DNA of 64,000 nucleotides from Bdellovibrionota bacterium. Its GTDB lineage: Bacteria; Bdellovibrionota_C; UBA2361; JAAYZI01. The DNA lies in NCBI GenBank assembly GCA_050950765.1, contig JBMNIF010000001.1:32001-96000 (forward strand), given 5' to 3'. Position numbers and translations under genes: made by a program. This document shows, piece by piece, positions 20,243 to 29,467 of this stretch; the first letter of the stretch is position 1, and each line of letters starts with the position of its first letter. The notes beneath the pieces are model-generated. The model had not been told where the DNA came from and ran no database searches. It saw only the letters and a list, made by a program, of their open reading frames with translations.

Positions 20243-20815
20243 CTAAAACTGCACCTTTGGTGCTTGATAAACCTCTTTTTCCTCTGCTTGATCTAACTCA
20301 AACAGATCTTGTTCCCTAAAGTTAAATAAATTAGCTATAAGAACATCAGGAAATTGTTGAATGGCGGTGTTGTATATCACAACTTGATTATTGTACTGCC
20401 GCCTACTCAAGCTTATTTTATCTTCGGTATCACGCAGCTCTTCCTGCAATTGTAAAAAAACAGTATTTGCTTTTAAATCGGGATAACTTTCAGAGAGTGC
20501 GAAGAGTTGTCTTAACGCTCCGGATAGGGCGTTTTCAGCCTGAATTTGCTGTCCGATATTTTGAGAATTGGTCACAGTTGTTGCAGCGTTTCTTGCAGCA
20601 ATAACGGCTTCGAACGTTTCTTTTTCATGAGAGGCGTAACCTTTGGCAACTTCAATAACGTTTGGAATTAAATCGTGCCGTCTCTTCAGCTGAACTTTAA
20701 TTTGCGACCACGATCCCACGCAGAGATTTCGTTTTCTTATCAAGCTGTTATAAATCCATATGATATATAACAAAATTATAACGATAGCGATGACTATTCC
20801 AGCAGTTAAAGACAT
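20243..20815 (-). CDS. lemA: LemA family protein
   Basis: QLKRRHDLIPN, GYASHE, ESYPDLKAN, YN...FP. Confidence 0.95.
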   Translation of the reverse strand: MSLTAGIVIAIVIILLYIIWIYNSLIRKRNLCVGSWSQIKVQLKRRHDLIPNVIEVAKGYASHEKETFEAVIAARNAATTVTNSQNIGQQIQAENALSGALRQLFALSESYPDLKANTVFLQLQEELRDTEDKISLSRRQYNNQVVIYNTAIQQFPDVLIANLFNFREQDLFELDQAEEKEVYQAPKVQF

Positions 20816-20837
20816 TAGAATCTCCTTTGCAAAAAAA

Positions 20838-20943
20838 GGAATTATAAACCGGTAGTATCAACAAGTTAGCGCACGGTTATGCCGATAATACTCCCTTTTA
20901 TGTTCTATATTATTTAGCAGAGATGCGCCAGCCGCTATTATAA
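20838..20943. repeat. Left copy of duplicated lemA-upstream segment (IHF-like site TATCAACAAGTTA)
   Basis: Direct repeat of 26794-26912. Confidence 0.85.
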
Positions 20944-20956
20944 GTTACTGTGCGAG

Positions 20957-21096
20957 TAGATAAAAAACAAACTTCCGAAGGCAAGCCTTGCCAAAGACTG
21001 GAACAAAAACCTCACAAAGACTGGAATGAAAAGTCTACAAAGACTGGAATGAAAACTCCACAAACACTGGAATGAAGATTGCGCTAATACTTGAAA
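20957..21096. repeat. Array A1: 23-bp-period repeats CAAAGACTGGAATGAAA
   Basis: Units at 20992, 21015, 21038, 21061, plus a degenerate unit at 21084; preceded by TAGATAAAAAA and the palindrome GGCAAGCCTTGCC. Confidence 0.92.
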
Positions 21097-21147
21097 ATAC
21101 GATATACCTTCTTTAGGCTTCTTCGTTTTGAAAGTGAGATGTGGTTT

Positions 21148-22419
21148 ATGAAAAAGTATTTGCCGAGAATTATAGATAAATTATTGCGTGAAAGATTAGA
21201 AGCTAAAGGGGCAGTTTTATTAGAAGGTCCTAAATGGTGCGGAAAGACTACGAGTGCTAAAGAGATAGCGGGTAGTTTTATATCAATGGATCAACCTGAA
21301 ATGAGTGGGCAGTATCAATCTATGGCTGAACTCTCTCCACTAACACTATTAGAAGGCAAGCCTCCGAGATTAATAGACGAGTGGCAGATAGCTCCAAACT
21401 TATGGAATGCCGTTAGATATGCTGTCGATGAAAGAGATGAATTTGGTCAATTCATTTTAACAGGCTCTGCCGTCCCTGCACAAATAGATGAGTCCATGCA
21501 TACTGGCACGGGGAGAATTTCAAGACTTTATATGAGACCTATGAGCTTGTATGAGTCTAAGGATTCAAATGGCAAAGTTTCAATCGGAAACTTGTTTGCA
21601 AATAAGAAAATATCTACTAAAAGCGATACCGACTTAGAAGAAATAGCATTCCTAATTTGCAGGGGAGGCTGGCCAAAAGCGGTTGGTTTAGCCGAAAAGC
21701 AGGCTCTTTTTCAGGCAATAGATTATTTTGATGCCATCATATCGACCGATATAAGTAGGGTAGATTCTGTGAAAAGAGATAAGGAAAAAGCAAAAAGATT
21801 TCTAAAATCTTATGCAAGAAATGTCGGAACTAGAGCTACCCTAGAGACTATTAGACAAGATGTATTGTCTAATCATGCAGACACTTTCGACTCTGCTACG
21901 CTCTATTCATATAGAGATGCACTAACTAAAATCTTTGTTATTGAAGATGCGCCAGCTTGGAATCCGAACTTGAGATCAAAGGTTGCTATTAGAACGACGG
22001 ATGCAAGATATTTTGTTGACCCTTCAATCGCTGCAGCCGCTTTACAACTTGGTCCAAAAGATCTGTTAAACGATTTAAACACTTTTGGGCTTATCTTTGA
22101 AAATTTGTGTTTCCGTGATTTAAGAATATACGCAGACTATCTAGATGGCGATGTCTATCAGTATAGAGATAGTAGTGGATTAGAATGCGATGCGGTAATT
22201 CACTTAAGAGACGGCTCTTATGGTCTAATTGAAATAAAATTAGGAGGCGACACCTTAATTGAAGAAGGAGCAAAAAACTTACTAGACCTAGCCTCAAGGA
22301 TAGATACAAACAAAATGAAAGAGCCTGCTTTTATGCTTATTTTATGCGCCAAAGCTCCCTTTGCATATCAGAGAAAAGACGGGATTTGTGTGGTTCCTAT
22401 AACTAGTTTAAAACCATAA
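21148..22419 (+). CDS. AAA+ ATPase (AAA_14) with DUF4143 and C-terminal PD-(D/E)xK-like motif
   Basis: YLPRIID, GPKWCGKT, LIDEWQ, FILTGS, RGGWP, YFVDPS, ECDAV...IEIKLG. Confidence 0.9.
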   Translation: MKKYLPRIIDKLLRERLEAKGAVLLEGPKWCGKTTSAKEIAGSFISMDQPEMSGQYQSMAELSPLTLLEGKPPRLIDEWQIAPNLWNAVRYAVDERDEFGQFILTGSAVPAQIDESMHTGTGRISRLYMRPMSLYESKDSNGKVSIGNLFANKKISTKSDTDLEEIAFLICRGGWPKAVGLAEKQALFQAIDYFDAIISTDISRVDSVKRDKEKAKRFLKSYARNVGTRATLETIRQDVLSNHADTFDSATLYSYRDALTKIFVIEDAPAWNPNLRSKVAIRTTDARYFVDPSIAAAALQLGPKDLLNDLNTFGLIFENLCFRDLRIYADYLDGDVYQYRDSSGLECDAVIHLRDGSYGLIEIKLGGDTLIEEGAKNLLDLASRIDTNKMKEPAFMLILCAKAPFAYQRKDGICVVPITSLKP

Positions 22420-22573
22420 ACCCCCCAAAAAAACTCCTCCTTAGTTTTAAGTGTAAAATTTCAATTATATAACTTATTGAAATAATTTATAAAAAGTTAA
22501 AAATCGATCCTTTAAGGTGATTGTAGCCCTTAAAAAACATAGCATACGTAAAATAAGAAAAAAGTCTTAGAAT

Positions 22574-22711
22574 TAGATAAAAAATAAACTTCCGAAGGCA
22601 AGCCTTGCCAAAGACTGGAACAAAAACCTCACAAATACAGGAATGAAAAGTTCACAAAGACTGGAATGAAAACTCTACAAAGACTGGAATGAAAGCCCGT
22701 CAAACACTGAA
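22574..22711. repeat. Array A2: second copy of the A1 element
   Basis: Same leader and palindrome as A1; units at 22609, 22632, 22655, 22678, 22701. Confidence 0.92.
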
Positions 22712-22924
22712 AGTTTCTAAAAAATTCTCTAAGCTTAAGCTTTGAAGCGATATCTCCCTTTTCATCATTTTAGGTTTTTTCTAAATATTTTTATATCAAT
22801 CCCAGCTAGGTTCCTAACATACTGAAAAGATTAGATTGTTTTCTTTTGAAATTATAAAAAGACACTATCAAGTATCTTGCTTGCTACTACATTAGGTATA
22901 TTTTAAGTAAAAATTACATAAACT

Positions 22925-23045
22925 TAGATAAAAAACTAAAATCTAACGGGATATAAATTAGAAATTTGACCGAATGAGAATTGGAAATTTGACCGATTAT
23001 AAATTAAAAATTTGACCGAATAGGAATTGAAAATTTGACCGATTT
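22925..23045. repeat. Array B: 23-bp-period repeats AAATTTGACCGA
   Basis: Units at 22962, 22985, 23008, 23031, plus a degenerate unit at 22939; also preceded by TAGATAAAAAA. Confidence 0.92.
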
Positions 23046-23074
23046 ATGTTGTCTTTCTTTTTGGGAGATAAGTT

Positions 23075-24346
23075 ATGGATAGTCGATACTTGCCAAGATT
23101 AGTAGATAAATTAGTTGAGCTTAATTTAAAAGCCTTTGGGGCAATTTGTATTGAAGGTGCTAAATGGTGCGGGAAAACTTGGACATCAAGGTACCATTCT
23201 AAAAGTGCTATATATTTAGGAGACCCGAGCGAGAATTTTCAAAATAAAGAACTGATGCAATTAGCACCTAAAATAGCTTTAGATGGAGAAACTCCAAGAT
23301 TAATAGACGAGTGGCAGGAACTCCCTTCTGTTTGGGATACGGTAAGGCATGAAGTCGACAAGAGGGGGAAAAAAGGACAATTTATTTTAACAGGTTCATC
23401 AACACCAGTGCAAAAAGGTGTACTACATAGTGGAGCTGGAAGAATTTCTACTATTAGAATGAGACCCATGTCTTTATTTGAATCAAACGATTCATCTGGG
23501 CAAGTTTCTTTGCAGTCAATTTTTGATGGAACATTTGAAGCGGTAGCTCCCCCTAAAATCAATTTGCGGACGCTTATAGAGCTAACCGTTCGAGGTGGTT
23601 GGCCAGGTAGTTTAGGTTTGAGTTATGAAGAGTATAGTATAATCCCTAAAGAATATATAAGTTCGATAATAAACCATGATATTTATAGATTAGAAGGAAT
23701 CAATAGAAATTCAAAGAAGATGCATCGCTTATTAAAATCTCTTGCGAGAAATGAGTCGACAGTGGCTTCAATATCTACTTTAAGAGAGGATGTTAAAGAA
23801 TATGAGAACGATGCTCTCGATAATGATACGATCTCGGCATATTTAACTATATTTGAAAGATTGTTTTTAATCGATAATCAGAAAGCTTTTTCAAGTAATA
23901 TAAGATCTGCAACTCGTATTAAGCAGGCAGATAAGAGACATTTTGTAGACCCCTCTTTAGCTATCGCCTTATTAGATGCAAGTTATGAAGACTTGTTAAA
24001 CAATTTAAACGGATTTAGTTTTATGTTTGAGGCTCTTTGTGAGAGAGATTTAAGGATATATGCAGAAAGTTTAGGAGGTAAATTATATCATTATCAAGAT
24101 TATAAGAACAGGGAAATCGATGCGATTGTAGAGTTAAAAGATGGTAGGCTTGGAGCTTTTGAAATTAAATTAGGGGTGGAGGCTGTTGATAATGCAGCAA
24201 AGTCGTTAATAGAAATAAGGGATGCTCTAAAAGCCGAAGGCTCTAACAGGCTAGATGTTTTAGTTGTAATCTCTGGTCTAAGTAATTTTGCCTATCGCAG
24301 GGAAGATGGGGTCTATGTCGTGCCGATTACAACGTTAAGACCTTAA
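23075..24346 (+). CDS. AAA+ ATPase (AAA_14) with DUF4143, paralogue 2
   Basis: GAKWCGKT, LIDEWQ, RGGWP, HFVDPS, EIDAIV...FEIKLG. Confidence 0.9.
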   Translation: MDSRYLPRLVDKLVELNLKAFGAICIEGAKWCGKTWTSRYHSKSAIYLGDPSENFQNKELMQLAPKIALDGETPRLIDEWQELPSVWDTVRHEVDKRGKKGQFILTGSSTPVQKGVLHSGAGRISTIRMRPMSLFESNDSSGQVSLQSIFDGTFEAVAPPKINLRTLIELTVRGGWPGSLGLSYEEYSIIPKEYISSIINHDIYRLEGINRNSKKMHRLLKSLARNESTVASISTLREDVKEYENDALDNDTISAYLTIFERLFLIDNQKAFSSNIRSATRIKQADKRHFVDPSLAIALLDASYEDLLNNLNGFSFMFEALCERDLRIYAESLGGKLYHYQDYKNREIDAIVELKDGRLGAFEIKLGVEAVDNAAKSLIEIRDALKAEGSNRLDVLVVISGLSNFAYRREDGVYVVPITTLRP

Positions 24347-24469
24347 AAGTAAAGTTTTTAATTTTTAAACTTTTTAGGTTATTGTGCTGCTTTAGCGTAA
24401 ATTGGATATTTGAGGAGCTAAAAAACTACTCTAATAACTTGAGTGATATTAACTGATGGGGGTGAATAG

Positions 24470-24850
24470 ATGGAAAAATATTTTAGTGCAGAAGATAAAG
24501 TCAAGATACTCAAGGAGCATATGCTAGGTGAAGTGCCAGTATCGAACTTATGTGAAAAATACGGAATAAACGCTGATACATTTTATGAATGGCAAAATTT
24601 ATTATTTGAAGGAGCCATTCAAAACTTTAAGCATAAAAAGCGAGGTTCAAAAAAAGCTAAGAAGCAAATTGAACGGATAGATACTTTGGAGAAGAAAATA
24701 GCGAAGAAAGATTCCGCGCTAAAGGAGCTGTTGAAACTTCACATAGATCTAAAGAAAAAGCTCGGAGAGTTCTAACAGATCATGAAGCTAAGCTGCAAAT
24801 ACGAGATAAGAGGTGATAGACTTTGTAGGTAAATGATATAAGAGATCTGG
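24470..24850 (+). mobile_element. IS3-family remnant: OrfA (24470-24775) and decayed start of OrfB
   Basis: FSAEDKVKIL...LCEKYGI...FYEWQ HTH and coiled coil; downstream broken IRD..VIDFV with no intact DDE ORF. Confidence 0.7.
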
Positions 24851-24932
24851 TCAGAAGCAGGCTAAATGTGCTTTGCTTTTATTAAAGTGCAAATATAAAC
24901 AAAAAGATGTTTTTATAAGAAAGGGAAGATCT

Positions 24933-26621
24933 ATGAAAATTGCTTCGGTTAAAATAAAGAATTTTAGAAGCTATAAAGATGAGGTAACCGTTGATTTTGA
25001 AAATTTAACGGTATTTGTAGGGAAAAATGATTCTGGAAAATCAACGATTTTAGAAGCACTAGATATATTTTTTAACGACGGAAAAGGGCTAGGCGTAACG
25101 AAGCTAGATGAAAACGATATAAATGTTGAGAACAAAAAAGCTGAAGATGGAGATAATGAGATCGAAATAACGGTCGTGTTTAAAGATTTGCCAGAAAAAT
25201 TAATAATTGATGCCACCGTTGAAACTACTTTAGAAAAAGAGCATTTGTTAAATGGCGATAAATTAGAAATAATTAAAAGATATAAAAACGCAGGTACTCC
25301 GAAAATTTGGATTAGAGCTAATCACCCTACTAATCCTAATTGTTCAGACTTATTATTAAAAAAACAAAATGAGTTAAAAAAAATTATTGAAGATAACAAT
25401 ATTGATTGCTCAGATCGGTCAGTTAACTCCGTGATGCGTGAAGCCATTTGGAAGCATTATGAAGATGATCTTAAATTAGATATTAAAGAAATAGATGTAT
25501 CTAAGGAAGACGCAAAACAGATATGGGAAAAAATAAATGCTTGCTTACCAGCTTATTCATTATTTAAATCTGATAGACAAAATACCGATAGCGATTCTGA
25601 AGTGCAAGATCCGTTAAAAAATGCGGTAAATATGATTTTTAAAGAAGATAATATTATAAATAAATTAGATGAGATTGCTAAAGAAGTTAAAGAGCGATTA
25701 GAAGATGTATCTAGTAGGACATCAAAAAAGTTAGAAGATTTTGATAAAAAAATAGCTGAAGAATTAAAGCCTGTGATACCACCAACAGACAAACTTGCTT
25801 GGAGTAGTGTATTTAAATCAGTTTCTATTTTTGGAGATAATATTCCAATTAATAAAAGGGGAAGTGGTGTAAAAAGACTTATTTTATTAAGTTTCTTTAG
25901 AGCAGAGGCAGAAAGGCAAGCACAAGAAAATAAAAAAACAAAAAATGGCGTTATATATGCCATAGAAGAACCTGAAACATCACAACATACAAATAATCAA
26001 AAAATTTTAATAGAAGCTTTAAAGAGTTTATCAGACAAAGAAAATATTCAAGTGATATTAACTACTCATAGTGCTTTTATAGTAAAACAGCTAGATAAAC
26101 TAGATAGAGAAAAAGCCGCTAAAGATGGTGCAAAACAGCCAGATTTTTCAAATATAAGGATCGTAAATAAAAAAGAAGACAATAAAGGGAGAATTTCAAA
26201 AGTTGAAAAAAGTAGTCTTACATATCCATCATTAAACGAAGTTAATTTTTTGGCTTATGATGAGACTAGTATTGAATATCATAATGAGCTGTACGGGGCG
26301 TTGGAGTCTATGTATAGAGAATATAAGGAAAAGAAGGAAGATGAGAAAGAAAGAAGTTCCTTTAATAGTTGGTTAAAAAATGAATTAGAAGAGGCAAAGG
26401 TAAATGATGTTGAATTGGATAAGGATTACTTTAACGATTTGTGGAAAAAGCAGGAGAAGACTACTTTACCTACTTATATTAGACATATGATTCATCATCC
26501 TGAAAATAAAAAAAATGAAGAGTATACCCCAAATGAATTAAAAAGGTCGATTGAATTACTAAGAGAAGTTCTTAATATGCAGAAATTAAAAAACGATAAG
26601 GAAAGGAGGATCTGTAAATAA
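24933..26621 (+). CDS. OLD-type ABC ATPase with C-terminal HEPN-like domain (candidate defence protein)
   Basis: IKNFRS, GKNDSGKST, GSGVKR, IYAIEEPE, LTTHS; C-terminal RHMIHH (R-x4-H). Confidence 0.75.
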   Translation: MKIASVKIKNFRSYKDEVTVDFENLTVFVGKNDSGKSTILEALDIFFNDGKGLGVTKLDENDINVENKKAEDGDNEIEITVVFKDLPEKLIIDATVETTLEKEHLLNGDKLEIIKRYKNAGTPKIWIRANHPTNPNCSDLLLKKQNELKKIIEDNNIDCSDRSVNSVMREAIWKHYEDDLKLDIKEIDVSKEDAKQIWEKINACLPAYSLFKSDRQNTDSDSEVQDPLKNAVNMIFKEDNIINKLDEIAKEVKERLEDVSSRTSKKLEDFDKKIAEELKPVIPPTDKLAWSSVFKSVSIFGDNIPINKRGSGVKRLILLSFFRAEAERQAQENKKTKNGVIYAIEEPETSQHTNNQKILIEALKSLSDKENIQVILTTHSAFIVKQLDKLDREKAAKDGAKQPDFSNIRIVNKKEDNKGRISKVEKSSLTYPSLNEVNFLAYDETSIEYHNELYGALESMYREYKEKKEDEKERSSFNSWLKNELEEAKVNDVELDKDYFNDLWKKQEKTTLPTYIRHMIHHPENKKNEEYTPNELKRSIELLREVLNMQKLKNDKERRICK

Positions 26622-26793
26622 TTTTGTGTATTTTGCTATTTCAGGACTGTGTTAACAGCTAAATTATATTTCTAAAGTAGTGATGTAGCTGAATCAAGTA
26701 TCCACTAACATCAACCCTCCCCTCTAGGTTGATACCAAAAGCCCCTCTCTTCTTTATAGCTTATCATGTGGGGGCGTATTTGCCCCAGAAAAT

Positions 26794-26912
26794 GGATTAT
26801 AAGCCGCTGGAATCAATAAGTTAGCGCACGGTTTAGTTTACGTACTGGTATGCCGATAATACCTCTTTTATGTTCTATATTATTCAGCAGAGATGCCTAG
26901 CCGGTATTATAA
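26794..26912. repeat. Right copy of duplicated lemA-upstream segment (IHF-like site AATCAATAAGTTA)
   Basis: Direct repeat of 20838-20943 with a short internal insertion. Confidence 0.85.
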
Positions 26913-27027
26913 AACCGCACCTCTTCAGGTTGCTTTTTTAAGCGTTGAGAGATAGCGGCGGGGAATATTTAGTATGGCATGAGAAGTCTCTCTGAATATA
27001 CAATCAACCTATTGTAAAAGGGAGGGT

Positions 27028-27618
27028 TTGGTGGACATTACTCTGACTTTATGTCTCATTATTGTAATTTTGTTGGTAATTAAAATTTACAACAAACTTA
27101 TACGTCTTCGGAATATTTGTAGAAATTCATTTTCACAAATAGATGTACAACTAAAGAGGCGACACGATTTAATCCCTAATTTAGTTGAAGTTACAAAAGG
27201 CTACATGAAATATGAAAGAGAAACGTTCGAAGCCGTTATTAAAGCACGGAATGAAGCAACTTCAGCTATAAAAGAGCTAAATTCAAAGCGGTTACTGAGT
27301 GCAAATGCTATGGCAGGGGTGGCAGGAGCTGAAAGCAATTTAAACAACGCTTTATCGCAGCTGTTTGCGTTAGTAGAGGGGTATCCCGAACTTAAAGCAA
27401 ATGAGGCGATGCAAAATTTAATGGAGGATCTACGCTCCACCGAAAATAGAATCGCTTTTGCCAGACAGGTTTATAATGATGCTGTTATGAATTACAACAC
27501 TAGGTGCGAACTCTTCCCTCATTTTTTTGTGGCGAAGCTATTTAATTTTTCAACGGCTCCTCTCTTTGAATTAGATAATGAAAGTGAACGAGCAGCGATT
27601 AATCTTACCTTTTCATAA
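27028..27618 (+). CDS. lemA: LemA family protein
   Basis: QIDVQLKRRHDLIPNLV, YPELKAN, TENRIAFARQVYND. Confidence 0.95.
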   Translation: MVDITLTLCLIIVILLVIKIYNKLIRLRNICRNSFSQIDVQLKRRHDLIPNLVEVTKGYMKYERETFEAVIKARNEATSAIKELNSKRLLSANAMAGVAGAESNLNNALSQLFALVEGYPELKANEAMQNLMEDLRSTENRIAFARQVYNDAVMNYNTRCELFPHFFVAKLFNFSTAPLFELDNESERAAINLTFS

Positions 27619-27784
27619 ATAATCTTTTTCTGATGATATACTAAAAAATGGATAAGCTTTTAAAATATCAAAAAAGAGTTAAAGGAGAGACTCTCGGCGC
27701 ACTGCTCTTCTACATTATTGTAATAATAATCACGGCTTTTTGCTTACCTTTCTTCACCATCCTAAATTCCCGTTTTTTTATAGT

Positions 27785-29401
27785 CTACACCTTAGTATTT
27801 AATATTTTATCGACAAAAATCTTCTGGTCAATTTCTAATGCTTCTAAAATATCTTTTTGTTTTTTTGTTAATGGCTGTAGTAGCATGCTCAGATTTTCAT
27901 TATCTATGCGTCTTATCATTTTAAGCGCTTCTAAAACTCTCTGAATGGTTTTTTCTACTTTTTTGTTATTATTATTTATAGTTCTTTGTAAGTCTGACCA
28001 CATAATTAAGCTAAGAAAGGAGACGAAGCTTTTGCCGTCAGTAGTTTTTTCATTATGTGTTAGCATACGGTCATTATCCAATTCATTTTTTAAATTATCG
28101 AAAGCTTTCTCAATAAAGTCTCGTCGTGAATAGATATGAAGTGCTTCTTGTGGTGTCATTGTTGAGTGGTTACTCAAAAAAGCAAAAACTCCTAGCATAG
28201 ATAAGATATCGGTAATTTTTTCATGATCCCTTTCAAAACTTTCTAACTGCACTTCTTTCTTAGTTTTTATTTTGTAGTATTTAGAGTAGCGACTCATACT
28301 CATAGGCTTTTTCATTTCTTTTAGTTCATCTTCTAATCTGTCAATATGAGAGTAAAGAGTGCTCTCTTCCTCAGATGCACTTTTTGTATTTAAGTAAACG
28401 TAGAGAGAAAATTTTTCTCCATTTATCACAATATCTTTTCTTACCCCATAACAATTTGTCCCAGATATGTGATTCCTAGAAGAGCGAAGAGTAACAGATG
28501 CTTCCCTCATAGTATCGTTGTAATTTTTCTGAGATTTAGGAACAGCTACGAGAAATTCTATTTGCTCTTTTTTTATATATTCTAAATTTTCTTTTGTAAT
28601 AAAACCTCTATCCAGAACATAAAATATATCATCAATACCTAAGCTTTTAGAGTATTCCATCATTGTTGTAAGAAAAACTTTATCAACAACACTTCCACTG
28701 TAAAGAAAAAAACTTATTGGTAAATTGCTGTCGGTAGCGTATAAAAGTCCGACATTTAGTTGTGGTAAATATTCTTTGTCTCTATTGTATCCATTCTCGG
28801 CAAGTGGCAAGTCTGCATAAGTAGAAAGGCTCGTAACATCATAAGCTACAGTCTCATTGTTTTTCATAGCATGGTTTTTCCACACAGAAAAAAACTTCAT
28901 TTGATCTTGTTTGGTAATCGATGAAAAAAGCTCACTTGTCTTTTGCGAGGATAGAGATATGTTTTTAGGGGTAAGAGTATTTTGCAAAAAATTATCTATA
29001 TTCATCATTACATTGCCTTCGCAAGCCATGTATAACGCAGTATAAAAGATATCTTCGTATTTATCGGGAAAGATTGTTTTTAAGCATTTTAATAACCCTA
29101 TAGCCTCAGCTCTCATTTTTAATGCGACTACGTGACCTGCGTCCCAAACAAAGCGAGAAGAAGCTAGATCAATAACGTCAGATGGCATTGGATAATATTT
29201 TCTAAAGTTCTCATTAGGAATCATTCTTCCTTGTCTATCAGGGTCTATCTTTCCCACAATCACTTCATCACAAGTAGGTGTGCCGTTCTTATTACGACGA
29301 TGACCAAGTACGTGATACACATACTTTACGTTCCCTTTGTTATCTTTTTTATACGAAATCTTTTTTTCTGGAATTGGAATTGAAATATTTATTAAAGCCA
29401 T
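27785..29401 (-). CDS. IS1634-family DDE transposase
   Basis: YDVTS, GYNRD..LPQ, VLDRGF, YSRRDFIEKAFDNLK. Confidence 0.9.
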   Translation of the reverse strand: MALINISIPIPEKKISYKKDNKGNVKYVYHVLGHRRNKNGTPTCDEVIVGKIDPDRQGRMIPNENFRKYYPMPSDVIDLASSRFVWDAGHVVALKMRAEAIGLLKCLKTIFPDKYEDIFYTALYMACEGNVMMNIDNFLQNTLTPKNISLSSQKTSELFSSITKQDQMKFFSVWKNHAMKNNETVAYDVTSLSTYADLPLAENGYNRDKEYLPQLNVGLLYATDSNLPISFFLYSGSVVDKVFLTTMMEYSKSLGIDDIFYVLDRGFITKENLEYIKKEQIEFLVAVPKSQKNYNDTMREASVTLRSSRNHISGTNCYGVRKDIVINGEKFSLYVYLNTKSASEEESTLYSHIDRLEDELKEMKKPMSMSRYSKYYKIKTKKEVQLESFERDHEKITDILSMLGVFAFLSNHSTMTPQEALHIYSRRDFIEKAFDNLKNELDNDRMLTHNEKTTDGKSFVSFLSLIMWSDLQRTINNNNKKVEKTIQRVLEALKMIRRIDNENLSMLLQPLTKKQKDILEALEIDQKIFVDKILNTKV

Positions 29402-29438
29402 TTTGCCTCCTATTTTTTACTGTCTCGTAGACTACGGA

Positions 29439-29467
29439 AGTATAGTCTACAAAGCAAAAGATGTCAA
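29439..29467 (-). promoter_or_regulatory. sigma70 promoter of the transposase
   Basis: TTGACA-N17-TATACT on the minus strand. Confidence 0.75.

Noticed and set aside
20992..23045. Mini-CRISPR reading of the 23-bp arrays
   Set aside because: Variable parts are only ~5-10 bp, too short for spacers.
26975..26991. sigma-54 promoter for lemA (TGGCATG...)
   Set aside because: Lacks the -12 GC at GG-N10 spacing.
27648..27944. Independent 98-aa protein
   Set aside because: It is the M48 N-terminus reading through into the IS end.
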